Positions 29,170-39,424 of a DNA stretch of 64,000 bases are shown in pieces. The number at the start of each line of letters is the position of its first letter. Within the stretch, counting starts at the first letter, position 1. This stretch comes from Candidatus Sericytochromatia bacterium. GTDB lineage: Bacteria > Cyanobacteriota > Sericytochromatia > S15B-MN24 > JAQBPE01. The stretch is from assembly GCA_035285125.1 (NCBI GenBank), contig JAYKHR010000048.1, forward strand, positions 96,001 through 160,000. The letters are read 5' to 3'. Under the pieces are notes generated by a model that saw only the letters and a program-made list of their open reading frames with translations, made no database searches and was not told the DNA's origin. The position numbers and the translations under genes were made by a program.

Positions 29170-31020
29170 ATGCCTTGCCGCCCGTCCGCCCCTCTGGCCC
29201 TCGTCGCTGCGATGCTCACGCTCGTGGGCTGCGGGCGCAACCCCAGCTCGATGCTGGTTGCCAGGCCAGGCGCCGCGCCGCCCCGGACAACGGCTGCGGC
29301 CGCGGCGGCGGCATCGCCTGCGACGCAGGTGCGCCCCGCAGGCGTCACCCCGAGTGTGAGTGTCGTGCGAAGCGAACCCGCTGCCGACCGCCCTCTGCAG
29401 GCGGGCGACGAGGTCATCGTGAAGTTCCGTGAGAGGGACCGGGACTTGCCTGGCGCCACGCGCCTGCGCTCCCTGGCGCTCCAGGGTACGGCCGTCTACA
29501 AGGTGAACGCCGGGGGCTATGCCCTGCAGGCGGCCGAAGACTGGGAGACGCAGGAGGACATCGACTACATCGAGCCCAACTACGTCTACAGCGCGGTGGC
29601 GACGCCGAGCGACCCCGACTACCTCGACAGCTGGGGCGTCGAGGCGATCAACGCGCCGGTGATCTGGCCCTTCACGACGGGCACCGGCATGAAGGTCGCC
29701 GTGATCGACACCGGGGTCGACGCCAGCCACCCCGACCTGGCTGGCCGCGTGCTGCCTGGGCTGGACCTGGTGAACGACGACAACGACGCCAGGGACGATC
29801 ACGGCCACGGCACCCACGTGGCAGGCACCATCGCGGCGATCGCCAACAACGGCGTGGGCACCGCGGGTGTGGCCCCCGGGGCCCAGGTGCTGCCGATCAA
29901 GGTGCTCAACAGCCAGGGCCAGGGCAACAACGCCGACATCGCGGCGGGCATCCTTGCGGCAGCCGACCGCGGCGCCCACGTGATCAACCTCAGCCTCGGA
30001 GGCACGGACGACTCCGAGACGCTGCGCCGGGCCATCGCCAACGTGCAGGCCCGGGGGGTTATCGTGGTGGCCGCCGCCGGCAACGACGGCGTCAGCACCC
30101 CCTTCTTTCCCGCGGCGAACGAGGGCGTGATCGGCGTGGCAGCCGTCGACAGCAACCGGGCCAGGGCCAGCTTCAGCAACTTCGGAGACTACATCGACGT
30201 CGCCGCTCCGGGCGTCTCGATCGGCTCCACCAAGCTGGGCAGCGGCACGGCGAAGATGAGCGGCACCAGCATGGCCGCGCCCCACGTGGCTGCCGCCTGT
30301 GCGTTGCTGAAGGCCCGCTTCCCGAACCTCAAGGCCGGCCACCTGACGCGCCTGATGCAACTCGCGGGCCATCCCACCACGGGCTTCACGAGCGGGGTGG
30401 TGCCGAAGGCCCTCAACGTGGAGGAGGCATTCGTGCAGGTGCCGAACCTGGACATGCAGCCCCCCACCACCGTCGCAGGCCTGTCCGCGGCGGCGGGCGC
30501 GCCCAACGAGGTCGAACTCGCCTGGGCCCCGGCCACGGACAACAATGGCAGCGTGACCTACCGCATCCTGCGCGACGGCCAACCCGTGGGCACCACCACG
30601 GCCACGGCCTACACCGACCGAGGCGTCACGGCCAGGGCCTCTTACCGGGTCGTGGCGATGGACGGCCACGGCAACGAGGCCAATCCGAGCCAGGCCGTGG
30701 AGAGCGATCCCGGCAAGGCCTCCGAGAAAATCGCCGACGTCGTCGTCAGCAAGCGGTCACGGGACAGCGTCACGCTGACGTGGCGCACCACCGAGGCGAT
30801 GCGCTGCCTGGTCCAGTGGGGCACCTCCGCCTCGCTCGGCCAGGGCACCACCTGGGAGACCATCCCCGCCACGGAGCACACCGTGACGCTGTCGGGCCTC
30901 AAGCGCTTCACCACCTACCACTACCGCGTGGTGGCCGCGACCAACGCCAGCGCCCTGCACTACACGACCACCCGCAAGACGCGCACCAAGCTGTTCTGGC
31001 TGTTCTCCCTGCCCAGCTGA
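29170..31020 (+). CDS. S8 subtilase lipoprotein with C-terminal FN3-like domains
   Basis: Lipobox LVGC; triad IDTG / HGTHVAG / GTSMAAPHVA; AAGN oxyanion motif; two FN3-like modules. Confidence 0.92.
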   Translation: MPCRPSAPLALVAAMLTLVGCGRNPSSMLVARPGAAPPRTTAAAAAAASPATQVRPAGVTPSVSVVRSEPAADRPLQAGDEVIVKFRERDRDLPGATRLRSLALQGTAVYKVNAGGYALQAAEDWETQEDIDYIEPNYVYSAVATPSDPDYLDSWGVEAINAPVIWPFTTGTGMKVAVIDTGVDASHPDLAGRVLPGLDLVNDDNDARDDHGHGTHVAGTIAAIANNGVGTAGVAPGAQVLPIKVLNSQGQGNNADIAAGILAAADRGAHVINLSLGGTDDSETLRRAIANVQARGVIVVAAAGNDGVSTPFFPAANEGVIGVAAVDSNRARASFSNFGDYIDVAAPGVSIGSTKLGSGTAKMSGTSMAAPHVAAACALLKARFPNLKAGHLTRLMQLAGHPTTGFTSGVVPKALNVEEAFVQVPNLDMQPPTTVAGLSAAAGAPNEVELAWAPATDNNGSVTYRILRDGQPVGTTTATAYTDRGVTARASYRVVAMDGHGNEANPSQAVESDPGKASEKIADVVVSKRSRDSVTLTWRTTEAMRCLVQWGTSASLGQGTTWETIPATEHTVTLSGLKRFTTYHYRVVAATNASALHYTTTRKTRTKLFWLFSLPS

Positions 31021-31045
31021 GGGGCGCGACCAGACGCTCCAGGCG

Positions 31046-34000
31046 TCAGCCCTTCGGCAGCAGCACCCGCACCGTGGCACCCCGCCCCGCCTCCGAGGTG
31101 ACGGCGATCGTGCCACCGTGCTTCTCGACGATGCGCCGACAGAGCGAGAGGCCGAGCCCCTTGCCCGCCCCGACGGCCTTGGTCGTGAAGAACGGGTCGA
31201 ACACGCGGCGGGCAACCTCTGGCGTCATCCCGACACCGTTGTCCGCGACCTCGAGCACCACCCCGTCTTCAGACTCCAGCACACGCACCTGGATGGCGCC
31301 GGGCACCTCTGCCAGGCCCTCCACCGCATCCGCCGCGTTCAGCACGAGCTGGCTGAGCAGGTGCCGAAGCTCTCCCACATCACCCATCACGAGCGGGACG
31401 GGCCTCATGTCGAGGCCGATGTTGAGGCCGCTGAGCCGCGGCTGGCCGGCCAGCGTGGCCATCGTGTCCGCAGCGAGGCGCTCCAGGTCTACGGCGTGAC
31501 GCTCGACCTGCACCGGCCGGGCGTAGGCCAGCAGGGCCCGCACGATCTCCTGGCAGCGCTTGGCGCCGCGCTCGATCAGCTCGACGCTCTCCAGCTGGTC
31601 GGCCGTGCAGGGGTCCTGCTTGAGCAGCTGGGCATTCACGAGGACAGCCCCGAGGGGGTTGTTGATCTCGTGCGCCACGCCCGCCGCCAGCGTACCCACC
31701 GTGGCAAGCTTCTCGGTTTCGAGCAGCTGGGCCTGGGTGTCGCGCAGGGCGAGCATCGCGGCCTCGAGTTCCTGGGTACGGGCCTGGACCTTGGCCTCGA
31801 GGCCCTGGTTGAGCTCACGGATGGTCTCGAAGGCCTGAGCGTTTTGCAACAGCAGGGCCAGGTGGGAAGCGATCGCGCCCAGCACGTCGAGATCGAGCCT
31901 GGTGAAGGTCTTGATGGCCGTCGAGGAGCTCACGTACAGCACGCCCAGCAGGTCATCCGCCAGCATCAGGGGCACGCACATCACCGACCGGACATTGCGC
32001 AGCATGAGGCTCTGGGACGTCACGGCATCGTGGTCCTGCCCGACATCCAGGATCGTGACGGGGCGACGCTCAGCCATGACGCGGCTCCGCACCGTCCGGC
32101 TGGTGAGGGAGGGGTCCGGGTGCCCCCCGACCCGATCCAGGCTCGCGCGGCAGGCCTGGTCTGCCCCGAAGAACACGAAGGCTTGCTCCCCCTGAAAGAT
32201 CGCGAGCACCTGGTGAAGGGCCTGGCGAAGCAGGGCGTCGACGTCCAGCGTGCCTGCGAGCGCGTGGTGCAACCGCGTAAACAGGTTCGACCTCGCCACC
32301 TGGCGGGCCGCCTCCGCGTCGCGGTGGGCGCGGGCGAGCACGAGCCCGGCATGCTGGCAAAAGGCCTCGAGGCCCTCAGGGTCGAGTGCCTCCCCCTTGG
32401 GCACCTCGACAGCGGCCAGGGCGACTTCCCCCCACCCGGACGTCGGGAGCGGCAGCAGCACGAGGCGCCAGCCCCTGGCGGGCCGGGTCAGGGCCTCCGG
32501 CTCGAGCACGCCCTCGCCGACCTCGCACACCAGCACCCCGTCGGGCACCCCAGCCGCCACAACCTCATCGAAGAGGGCCTCCGCCATCCACGTGCCGCCC
32601 TCGAACACGGCCTCCCCGCGGAAGGCCAGCAGGCTGCGGCCCACGACGTCCGTGTAGACCCCCGCCCTCAGCCCGGGCCACACGCGGAGCAGCGACTCGC
32701 AGATCTGCTCCCCCACCACCTCCGGCTCGGGTGTCCCCGCCAGCAGGCCCAGCAAACGGGCCCCGGCCTCCGCGAACGACGGGACGGGCTCCCAGGCAGA
32801 GGCGCTTTCGGGAGGCTCCGGCCGCGCGATCCGCAAGGCCTCGGCCCGCTCGCGCCAGCCCAGAAAGTCTGCACGCTCGGCGTCCGAGAGCGGGGCGAGC
32901 AGGACCCGCAGCAGCGACTCGGCCTCGGCCGCGAAGCTGGCCCGCGCGGAGGCCTCGACGCTGGCTCGGGCCAGCCCGCCGAAGGCAAGGGCCCGCACCA
33001 GGGGACCCCCGACCAGCTCGGCCAGCCGCAACGCTTCCGCGAAGGCCACGAGCGCAGCGGCATCGTCTGCCGAGGCGAGGTGGTGCTCCCCTCGACGCAG
33101 CGCGACCTCAGCCTCCCAGGCGGGCGCACCGAGCTCACCCACGAGCGCGGCAGCCTCGGCCAGCCAGGCCAGGGCCCCAGCCCGATCGCCCCGGGCCCGG
33201 GCCAGGCCGGCCCGGACCAGGCAGCTGCGGACGCCCGTCGCCGGGGCCCGTCCCCCCTCGTCCCGACCATCGCCGAGCTGCAACCACCGCTCCGCCAGCG
33301 CAGGCTCCCCGAGGCGCAGCGCGGCCTCAGCGCGCACCAGACGCCCCCAGGCCGGCACCAGGGTGGGCGCTGCGACGGGCTCCGCGGCAAGCTCGCGGAA
33401 CCGTCCCAGGTGCAGTGCCACCTCCAGCGCGACGCAACCCAGCCGGAGACCCCAGGCCTCGTCGCCCAGCGCCTCGACCACCGCGGCGGCGGCCTCGATG
33501 CGCCCGAGCGGGTCTCCCGCAAGCCCCAACGCCAGCTGACAGACGGCGGCGAGGGCGCCACAGACTGCCTCCAGGTCTCCACCGAGGGGCAGGTCCTCGA
33601 GCCGCAGCAGGGCGCGCTGGTAGCTGCCGGCCCGCAGGAGCGCCCACACGTGCTCCAAGCTGGCCGCAGAGGCCCCAAGGGCCTGATCAGCGAGGCCCCA
33701 GCGCTCGTGGCGGATGGCCCAGGCCCCCAGCACGCCGAGCATCCGGTCTGCCTCCTTGTCCTGGCCCAGCGCACGCAGGCGCTCGCAGCAGGCCAGGGCG
33801 TCTTCCCCGGCCTGCCGGGCGAACGAGACGTCCGGCGCCAGCCGCAGCCTCACCACGTCAGCCTCGATCAGGGCTTGCAGGCACACGCCATCCTCCCCCG
33901 CGGGAAGGGTGGCCGCGGCGGCCAACGCGTCGAGCCGCCTGCGCGCCTCCTCCGGCCGCCCGTCGGCCTCGTCGATCAGGGCCAGCTCACGCTCCTCGAG

Positions 34001-35344
34001 CAGGGCCACGCCCGGAACGGGGGAGCGCTGCACCAGGTGGGTCCGCCCCTCCTCCAGCCGACCGGCGAGCCGGGCGACGCGGGCGGCAAGCCAGGAAACC
34101 TCAGGCAGGCCGTCTGGCACCACGCTGACGGGGCGCCCCAGCGCGAGGCCGAGGACCGCAACGCCCATCCGCAACCGCTCCGTGCCGAGTTCGGCGAGGT
34201 CAGGCACGGCCAGGGCGTCGCACACCACGGCGAGCCAGGCCTCTGCCCCCCCGAGGGGCAGCAGCTCCCGCGCGGCCTGGAGGCCCAGGGGGACCGTCAG
34301 GCCCTCGACGCCGCCGGCGACGGCCGCTTGGAGGCGAAGCAGGGGGGGGCGAGCGGCCACGGCAGCGAGCCGCCGCTGCCAGCGCGTCATGTTCGGCGGC
34401 GAAAGGTCCGCCAGCACCGCATCCACCTCCGCCTCGGAGGTCAGCCCGAGGCCACCCGCCACCGGCAAGAGCCAACCACCGCCGAGGGCCCGCGCCAACA
34501 TCTCGTCAAAGGCCTCCACAGGCATGTCCATGAGGTCGGCCAGTTCAGCCGGTAAAACCCAGCCCCCCACCATCGCCACGGCCCGCCCGAGCTCCCGCAC
34601 GCCATCGTCCGGGCGCGGCGGCACGCCCCGCAGGCGCTGCGTCACCCACCGGCGCAGGGCCAGGCGGCCGGTGGAGGCCCCGATCCAGGCGTCGTCGACC
34701 TGGGAGCCCGAGCCGCCCCCGGCCATTCGCGTGGCCAGTTCGGCCGCCAGCGCCGGCGACCAGGGGCCCTCGTGCAGCACGCCGGCCGCCGGGACGCGCC
34801 CCTTCAGGCCCACGCCACCTAGCAGCAGGAGCAACGAGCCCCGGTGGCCAGCCGTCGAAACCCGCCGCAGCCACTCGAGGGTGAGCGGGTCACACCGGGC
34901 GGCGTCCGCGAGCCCGAGAACCAGAGGCCCCTCGGCCAGCGCAGCCGCCACGGCGGCGTCGAGGGCGGCGAACAGCCCCTCCTTCCCGTGGCCCCGCAGG
35001 TCGAACAGCAGGCCATCGACGGGCATCCCTGGCTCGGACGGGACGCGGCGCGCCCGCCCGAGCCAGGCCCGCAAGGGCTCGCCCCAGCTGAGCTCGCCAC
35101 CAGCTCGCGCTCCCCACAGGGGGAGGCCACCGAGCCCCAGGGCCAGGGCCTCCATGAACTCCAGCTGGTGCAGCACGTCGGTCGGCGCCAGGTGCCAGCA
35201 GCGCAGACCACCTCCGCCGAGATCCTCCAGCAGGCTCGCGACAACCTTCTCGCGACCGAGCAGGGCCTCAGGCACCAGGCCAGGCTCGACGCCTTCGGTA
35301 GACGGCGGGGGCAAGACGGTGGGAGTCGGCTCAGCCTCTGGCAT
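31046..35344 (-). CDS. Large histidine kinase with degenerate STAND/TPR-like N-terminus and GAF domain
   Basis: GAF RSVMCVPL...GVLYVSS; H-box AGVAHEINNPL, QLVLNAADA, DNGVGM, FDPFFTTK, GKGLGL. Confidence 0.85.
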   Translation of the reverse strand: MPEAEPTPTVLPPPSTEGVEPGLVPEALLGREKVVASLLEDLGGGGLRCWHLAPTDVLHQLEFMEALALGLGGLPLWGARAGGELSWGEPLRAWLGRARRVPSEPGMPVDGLLFDLRGHGKEGLFAALDAAVAAALAEGPLVLGLADAARCDPLTLEWLRRVSTAGHRGSLLLLLGGVGLKGRVPAAGVLHEGPWSPALAAELATRMAGGGSGSQVDDAWIGASTGRLALRRWVTQRLRGVPPRPDDGVRELGRAVAMVGGWVLPAELADLMDMPVEAFDEMLARALGGGWLLPVAGGLGLTSEAEVDAVLADLSPPNMTRWQRRLAAVAARPPLLRLQAAVAGGVEGLTVPLGLQAARELLPLGGAEAWLAVVCDALAVPDLAELGTERLRMGVAVLGLALGRPVSVVPDGLPEVSWLAARVARLAGRLEEGRTHLVQRSPVPGVALLEERELALIDEADGRPEEARRRLDALAAAATLPAGEDGVCLQALIEADVVRLRLAPDVSFARQAGEDALACCERLRALGQDKEADRMLGVLGAWAIRHERWGLADQALGASAASLEHVWALLRAGSYQRALLRLEDLPLGGDLEAVCGALAAVCQLALGLAGDPLGRIEAAAAVVEALGDEAWGLRLGCVALEVALHLGRFRELAAEPVAAPTLVPAWGRLVRAEAALRLGEPALAERWLQLGDGRDEGGRAPATGVRSCLVRAGLARARGDRAGALAWLAEAAALVGELGAPAWEAEVALRRGEHHLASADDAAALVAFAEALRLAELVGGPLVRALAFGGLARASVEASARASFAAEAESLLRVLLAPLSDAERADFLGWRERAEALRIARPEPPESASAWEPVPSFAEAGARLLGLLAGTPEPEVVGEQICESLLRVWPGLRAGVYTDVVGRSLLAFRGEAVFEGGTWMAEALFDEVVAAGVPDGVLVCEVGEGVLEPEALTRPARGWRLVLLPLPTSGWGEVALAAVEVPKGEALDPEGLEAFCQHAGLVLARAHRDAEAARQVARSNLFTRLHHALAGTLDVDALLRQALHQVLAIFQGEQAFVFFGADQACRASLDRVGGHPDPSLTSRTVRSRVMAERRPVTILDVGQDHDAVTSQSLMLRNVRSVMCVPLMLADDLLGVLYVSSSTAIKTFTRLDLDVLGAIASHLALLLQNAQAFETIRELNQGLEAKVQARTQELEAAMLALRDTQAQLLETEKLATVGTLAAGVAHEINNPLGAVLVNAQLLKQDPCTADQLESVELIERGAKRCQEIVRALLAYARPVQVERHAVDLERLAADTMATLAGQPRLSGLNIGLDMRPVPLVMGDVGELRHLLSQLVLNAADAVEGLAEVPGAIQVRVLESEDGVVLEVADNGVGMTPEVARRVFDPFFTTKAVGAGKGLGLSLCRRIVEKHGGTIAVTSEAGRGATVRVLLPKG

Positions 35345-35445
35345 GCCCCTCTTCTACCCGCCCGAGGCCGCCCCCCTCGCTCTCGCGGCGGCTTGCCTCG
35401 TGCGCTAGAATGCCCCCGGCCGGCCCTGAAGCCTTGGAGGTCCTG

Positions 35446-36771
35446 ATGGCACCCATCGACGTCGCCCTGCACGCCAACCGCCGTGAGCGTTTCATGGCCG
35501 CCATGGATGGCGGCGGAGCGCTGTTCCTCGCGGCCCCGCCCCGGATCCGCTCCCGCGACACCGACCACCGGTACCGCCCCGACAGCGACTTCTTCTACCT
35601 GACAGGCTTCCGTGAGCCTGCCGCAGCCTTGCTGCTGCTGCCGGAGGGTGCCGAGCACCGCGTCGTGGCCTTCGTGCAGCCCAAGGATCCGCACATGGAG
35701 ACGTGGCACGGCCGGCGCCTCGGGGTCGAGTCCGCCCCTGCCGCCCTGGGCGTCGACGCGGCCTACGCCATCGAGGAGCTGGAGGCCGTGCTGCCCCGGT
35801 ACCTGGCCGGCGTGAGCCGCCTCTATGCCCAGCTGGGAGTTTGGCGCGAGCACGACGATCTGGTGATGCGGCTGTTGCCTCGGCTGGGTAACCGCCACGT
35901 GATGCCCCCTGACGCCATCGTGTCGACCGGCGCCATCGTGCACGAGATGCGGCTGCGCAAGGACGCCGCCGAGGTGGCGCTGATGCGCAAGGCCGCGGCC
36001 GTCACGGCGGAGGGCTACCGCGAGGCCGTTGCGGCCATCCGGCCGGGCGGGTGGGAGTACGAGGTGCACGCGGCCCTGGAGCACGCCTATCGCCGGCTGG
36101 GCGGGGGCGACTCCGCCTACAACGCCATCGTCGCCGCGGGCGAGAACGCCATCATCCTGCACTACCACGACAACGACTGCGAGCTTCGCGCGGGTGAGCT
36201 GCTGCTCATCGACTCTGGCTCCGAGTACGGCCACTACGCCTGCGACGTGAGCCGCACGTACCCCATCGGCGGCCGGTTCACGCCTGCCCAGCGGGCCGTC
36301 TACGACCTCGTCCTCAAGGCCCAGCGAGAGGCCATCGAGTGGGTCCGGGTCGGCGAGCACGTCAAGGGCTACCATGAGCACGCCGTGCGGGTGCTGACCG
36401 CTGGCATGGTCGAGCTCGGCTGGCTCCACGGCGACGTGGACCACCTCATCGCCACAGAGGCCTACAAGCGCTTCTACATGCACGGCACCGGGCACTACCT
36501 CGGCCTCGACACCCACGACGTGGGCCGCTACAAGACAGTCGACGCCTGGCGCCCGATCGAGCCCGGCATGGTCTTCACCGTCGAGCCCGGCCTCTACGTG
36601 GCGCCCGGCAGCTCCGGCGTGGACCCGGCGTTCTGGGGCATCGGGGTGCGCATCGAGGACGACGTGCTCGTGCGCGAGGACGGCACACCTGAAAACCTCA
36701 CGGCGGCGATCCCCAAGGATCCCGACGAACTCGAAGCGCTCCTGGGCGGCCGGGAGCTTCACAAAGCGTAA
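35446..36771 (+). CDS. pepP: Xaa-Pro aminopeptidase (M24B)
   Basis: DSDFFYLTGF, ILHY, LIDSG, DVSRT, HGTGHYLGLDTHD, TVEPGLY, GVRIEDD. Confidence 0.93.
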   Translation: MAPIDVALHANRRERFMAAMDGGGALFLAAPPRIRSRDTDHRYRPDSDFFYLTGFREPAAALLLLPEGAEHRVVAFVQPKDPHMETWHGRRLGVESAPAALGVDAAYAIEELEAVLPRYLAGVSRLYAQLGVWREHDDLVMRLLPRLGNRHVMPPDAIVSTGAIVHEMRLRKDAAEVALMRKAAAVTAEGYREAVAAIRPGGWEYEVHAALEHAYRRLGGGDSAYNAIVAAGENAIILHYHDNDCELRAGELLLIDSGSEYGHYACDVSRTYPIGGRFTPAQRAVYDLVLKAQREAIEWVRVGEHVKGYHEHAVRVLTAGMVELGWLHGDVDHLIATEAYKRFYMHGTGHYLGLDTHDVGRYKTVDAWRPIEPGMVFTVEPGLYVAPGSSGVDPAFWGIGVRIEDDVLVREDGTPENLTAAIPKDPDELEALLGGRELHKA

Positions 36772-36901
36772 ACCACCGGCGGCCGGCAGCGCGGCCCGTC
36801 TTCGGCCGGCCAGGCAGGGGACGGACCGTCGCCCGTCCGGCGCCACCGGGGACGCCCACGGGTATGCGGGAAGGGCCCCCCCGTACCTGGACCCCCCGCG
36901 C

Positions 36902-37885
36902 GTGACCCGTCGAGACTTCCTGATCCGGGCAGGGGCCAGCGCCCTGGCCCTGGCCTGCCCCCCAGGTCTGGCGGCCTCGCCGCCCGCGTTGGCCGGGCGC
37001 CGTGTGGTGCGGTTCGCCCACCTGACAGACCTCCACTTCACGAGCCGGATCCAGGCGCGCTACCCGACCAGCCATCGGCACATCCGCCACGCCGTGGCCG
37101 ACCTCAACCGGGCTGGCCTGGACTTCGTGCTGATCACCGGCGACATGCTTCACTTCGCAGCGGACGTCGGCGTGGAGGTGGAGGCCCTCCGCGACGCCCT
37201 CGCGGGCCTGGCCCCCCCGTGCTACGCGGCGTTCGGAAACCATGACGCCGAGGGCGCGGCGCTGCGGGCCCGCAAGCGCTTCATGATGCGGCACCTCGGT
37301 GACCGGGGCCTCGCTGCGGGGGAGGCGTGGTACGACTTCTCCCCCGTGCCGGGCATCCGCGTCGTGGTGCTGGACACGACGGACGTGGGTGCCGACCGGT
37401 ACGAGGGCTGGGCCGGCACCCTCGGAGAGCGGCAGCGCCGGTGGCTCACGGAGGTCCTCGGGCGCCACCGGGACGAGACCCTGATCGTGGCGATGCACCA
37501 CCCGCCCGTGACCCCTTACCCCGTCCTCGAGCGCATGCGGCTCGGGGCAGGCGACGCCCACTGGCTGCGCGGCACGCTCGATGCCCACCCCGGGGCGCCC
37601 CTCGTGCTCGCCGGACACTACCACTTCGGCGGCCAGGAAGCCTTCGGCCAATCCCGCGTGCTGCTGGGCCCTTCGCTCGTGGAGCACCCCCATCCGTACC
37701 GCATCATCGAGGTCTGGCAAGCCCCGGCTGGGCCCCCCGTGGTTGGGTTCACCTGGCACAGCCTCGACCTGCATGGCGACGAGGAGGCCCCCTGCGCAAC
37801 GGGCCCGGCCGGGTGGCGGGCCTACGGCCTGATGCGCCTGAGCTACGGCCGGGCAGGCGCGTTGGCCCTGGGGCCGCCGGGATGA
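36902..37885 (+). CDS. Tat-exported calcineurin-like metallophosphoesterase
   Basis: TRRDFL twin-arginine signal; DLH, TGD, GNHD, MHH, GHYH motifs. Confidence 0.88.
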   Translation: MTRRDFLIRAGASALALACPPGLAASPPALAGRRVVRFAHLTDLHFTSRIQARYPTSHRHIRHAVADLNRAGLDFVLITGDMLHFAADVGVEVEALRDALAGLAPPCYAAFGNHDAEGAALRARKRFMMRHLGDRGLAAGEAWYDFSPVPGIRVVVLDTTDVGADRYEGWAGTLGERQRRWLTEVLGRHRDETLIVAMHHPPVTPYPVLERMRLGAGDAHWLRGTLDAHPGAPLVLAGHYHFGGQEAFGQSRVLLGPSLVEHPHPYRIIEVWQAPAGPPVVGFTWHSLDLHGDEEAPCATGPAGWRAYGLMRLSYGRAGALALGPPG

Positions 37886-37953
37886 AGGCGGGCACCGCCC
37901 TGCCGGGTAAGATGCCGACGAGCCCCCCGCCGTGCCACCCAGGAGCGCGCCGC

Positions 37954-39420
37954 GTGTCCGAGCACCAGTTGATCGTCCAGGCCCCGGTGCACCGCGTGTA
38001 CGCCTGGTGGACGCGCCCCGAACACCTGTCCCAGGTGTTTCCGGGCCTGCTCGCCGTGGAGGCGGACGCCGGCGGCCGGCTCCGGTGGCAGTTCCAGGAG
38101 GAGGCTGCGCCGTGGGTGGCCACGCTCGTGGCCGAGCTGCCCCAGCGGGAGCTGGCCTGGGAAGGCCTCGAGCCGCACGAGGCGAGGCTGAGTATCGAGT
38201 TCGAGGCGCTGAGCCAGGGGCGCACGCGCCTGGCGATCGCCCTCACGGGTGACGAGGCGGGCGGCCCGTCAGCCCTGCGTCGAGCCCTGCCCAACGCCCT
38301 GCGCCTGTTCGACCAGGCGATCGTTCAGACCGGCATCGTGGCCGCGCAGGAAGACGAGGGCGCCTACAGGCCCATCTTCTTCAAGGGCGTGGCAGCCACG
38401 GCCGGAGCCCTGCTGGTGATGGCGCTGGCCTGGAGCCTGGTGACGCTGATCGAGGTGTGGGTGATCGTGCTCGGGGCCCTGCTGGTGGCGGCAGCCCTCG
38501 GGCCCGTGGTCGACCAGCTTATGCGCTGGCGCGTGCCGCGGGCGGCGGCCGTGGGCGTGACCTTCCTGGGCGTGTCGGCGACGGCCACGGTGCTCCTGGC
38601 GGTGCTCGTGCCCCAGGTGATGGCCCAGGGCCAGGACCTGGGCGCCAGCTTGCCGGGCTACGTCGACCACCTCCAAAACCAGCTCACGGCGTTGCACCGC
38701 AAGCATCCGGCGGTGCCTGAGGGCAGCCGGCTCTTCGGCTACGTGGCCGAGACGGGCTCGCAGGTGCTGACCAACGCCTTCGGCATCACGGGAAAGTTTG
38801 TCTGGCTCACCATCGTCTTCTTGTCGATCCTGTTCCTGGCGTTTTTCATGCTGCTCGACGGCCGGCTGCTCCAAGACGCCGTGGTGCGCCTGATCCCGAT
38901 GCGCAAGCGCAGCCAGTTCCCCGCCCTGCTGCGGCTCGTCGAGCGGCGCGTGGGCGGCTACATGGCCGGGCTCGGCATCATCTGTGTGGTGGCCGGGGTG
39001 CTCACCTGGGCCTGCCTTGCGCTGCTGGGCCTCCCCTACGCGCTGCTGGTGGGGGCCGTGACGGCGCTCCTGCAGGCCATCCCGTTCGTCGGCCCCCTGG
39101 CCGGTGGCGCCCTCGCGGGCCTCATCGGCCTGTCGATCTCAGGCAAACTCGCCCTGTACGCCCTGCTGGTCTACACAGCCATTCAGCAACTCATCGGCCA
39201 GATCCTCTTCCCCTGGATCATGGGGCGGACCATCGGGATGCACCCGGCCTGGGTGGCGGTGGTGCTGCTCGTGGGGGGCACGATGTACGGCCTGACAGGC
39301 GCGTTCCTGGCCATCCCCGTGGCGATCGCCGTGTCCATCGTGCTGGAGTGTTACTACTTGCCTTGGGCCGAAGCACAGTTTGCCGAGGAGGCCGCGGCCA
39401 TCCGCCCCGAGCAGGCCTGA
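37954..39420 (+). CDS. SRPBCC domain fused to AI-2E family transporter
   Basis: N-terminal VQAPVHRVYAWW...RELAW; AI-2E LGPVVD...RVPRAAAV, IPFVGP, PWIMGRTIGMHP, GAFLAIP; alternative start 37882. Confidence 0.8.
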   Translation: MSEHQLIVQAPVHRVYAWWTRPEHLSQVFPGLLAVEADAGGRLRWQFQEEAAPWVATLVAELPQRELAWEGLEPHEARLSIEFEALSQGRTRLAIALTGDEAGGPSALRRALPNALRLFDQAIVQTGIVAAQEDEGAYRPIFFKGVAATAGALLVMALAWSLVTLIEVWVIVLGALLVAAALGPVVDQLMRWRVPRAAAVGVTFLGVSATATVLLAVLVPQVMAQGQDLGASLPGYVDHLQNQLTALHRKHPAVPEGSRLFGYVAETGSQVLTNAFGITGKFVWLTIVFLSILFLAFFMLLDGRLLQDAVVRLIPMRKRSQFPALLRLVERRVGGYMAGLGIICVVAGVLTWACLALLGLPYALLVGAVTALLQAIPFVGPLAGGALAGLIGLSISGKLALYALLVYTAIQQLIGQILFPWIMGRTIGMHPAWVAVVLLVGGTMYGLTGAFLAIPVAIAVSIVLECYYLPWAEAQFAEEAAAIRPEQA

Positions 39421-39424
39421 ACCC

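Noticed and set aside
31118..34555. 1145-aa plus-strand ORF (also 51172-55209, 14124-17189, 59297-62107 and many similar)
   Set aside because: Antisense or off-frame shadows of motif-bearing genes; stop codons are rare at this GC content and the translations have no recognisable motifs.
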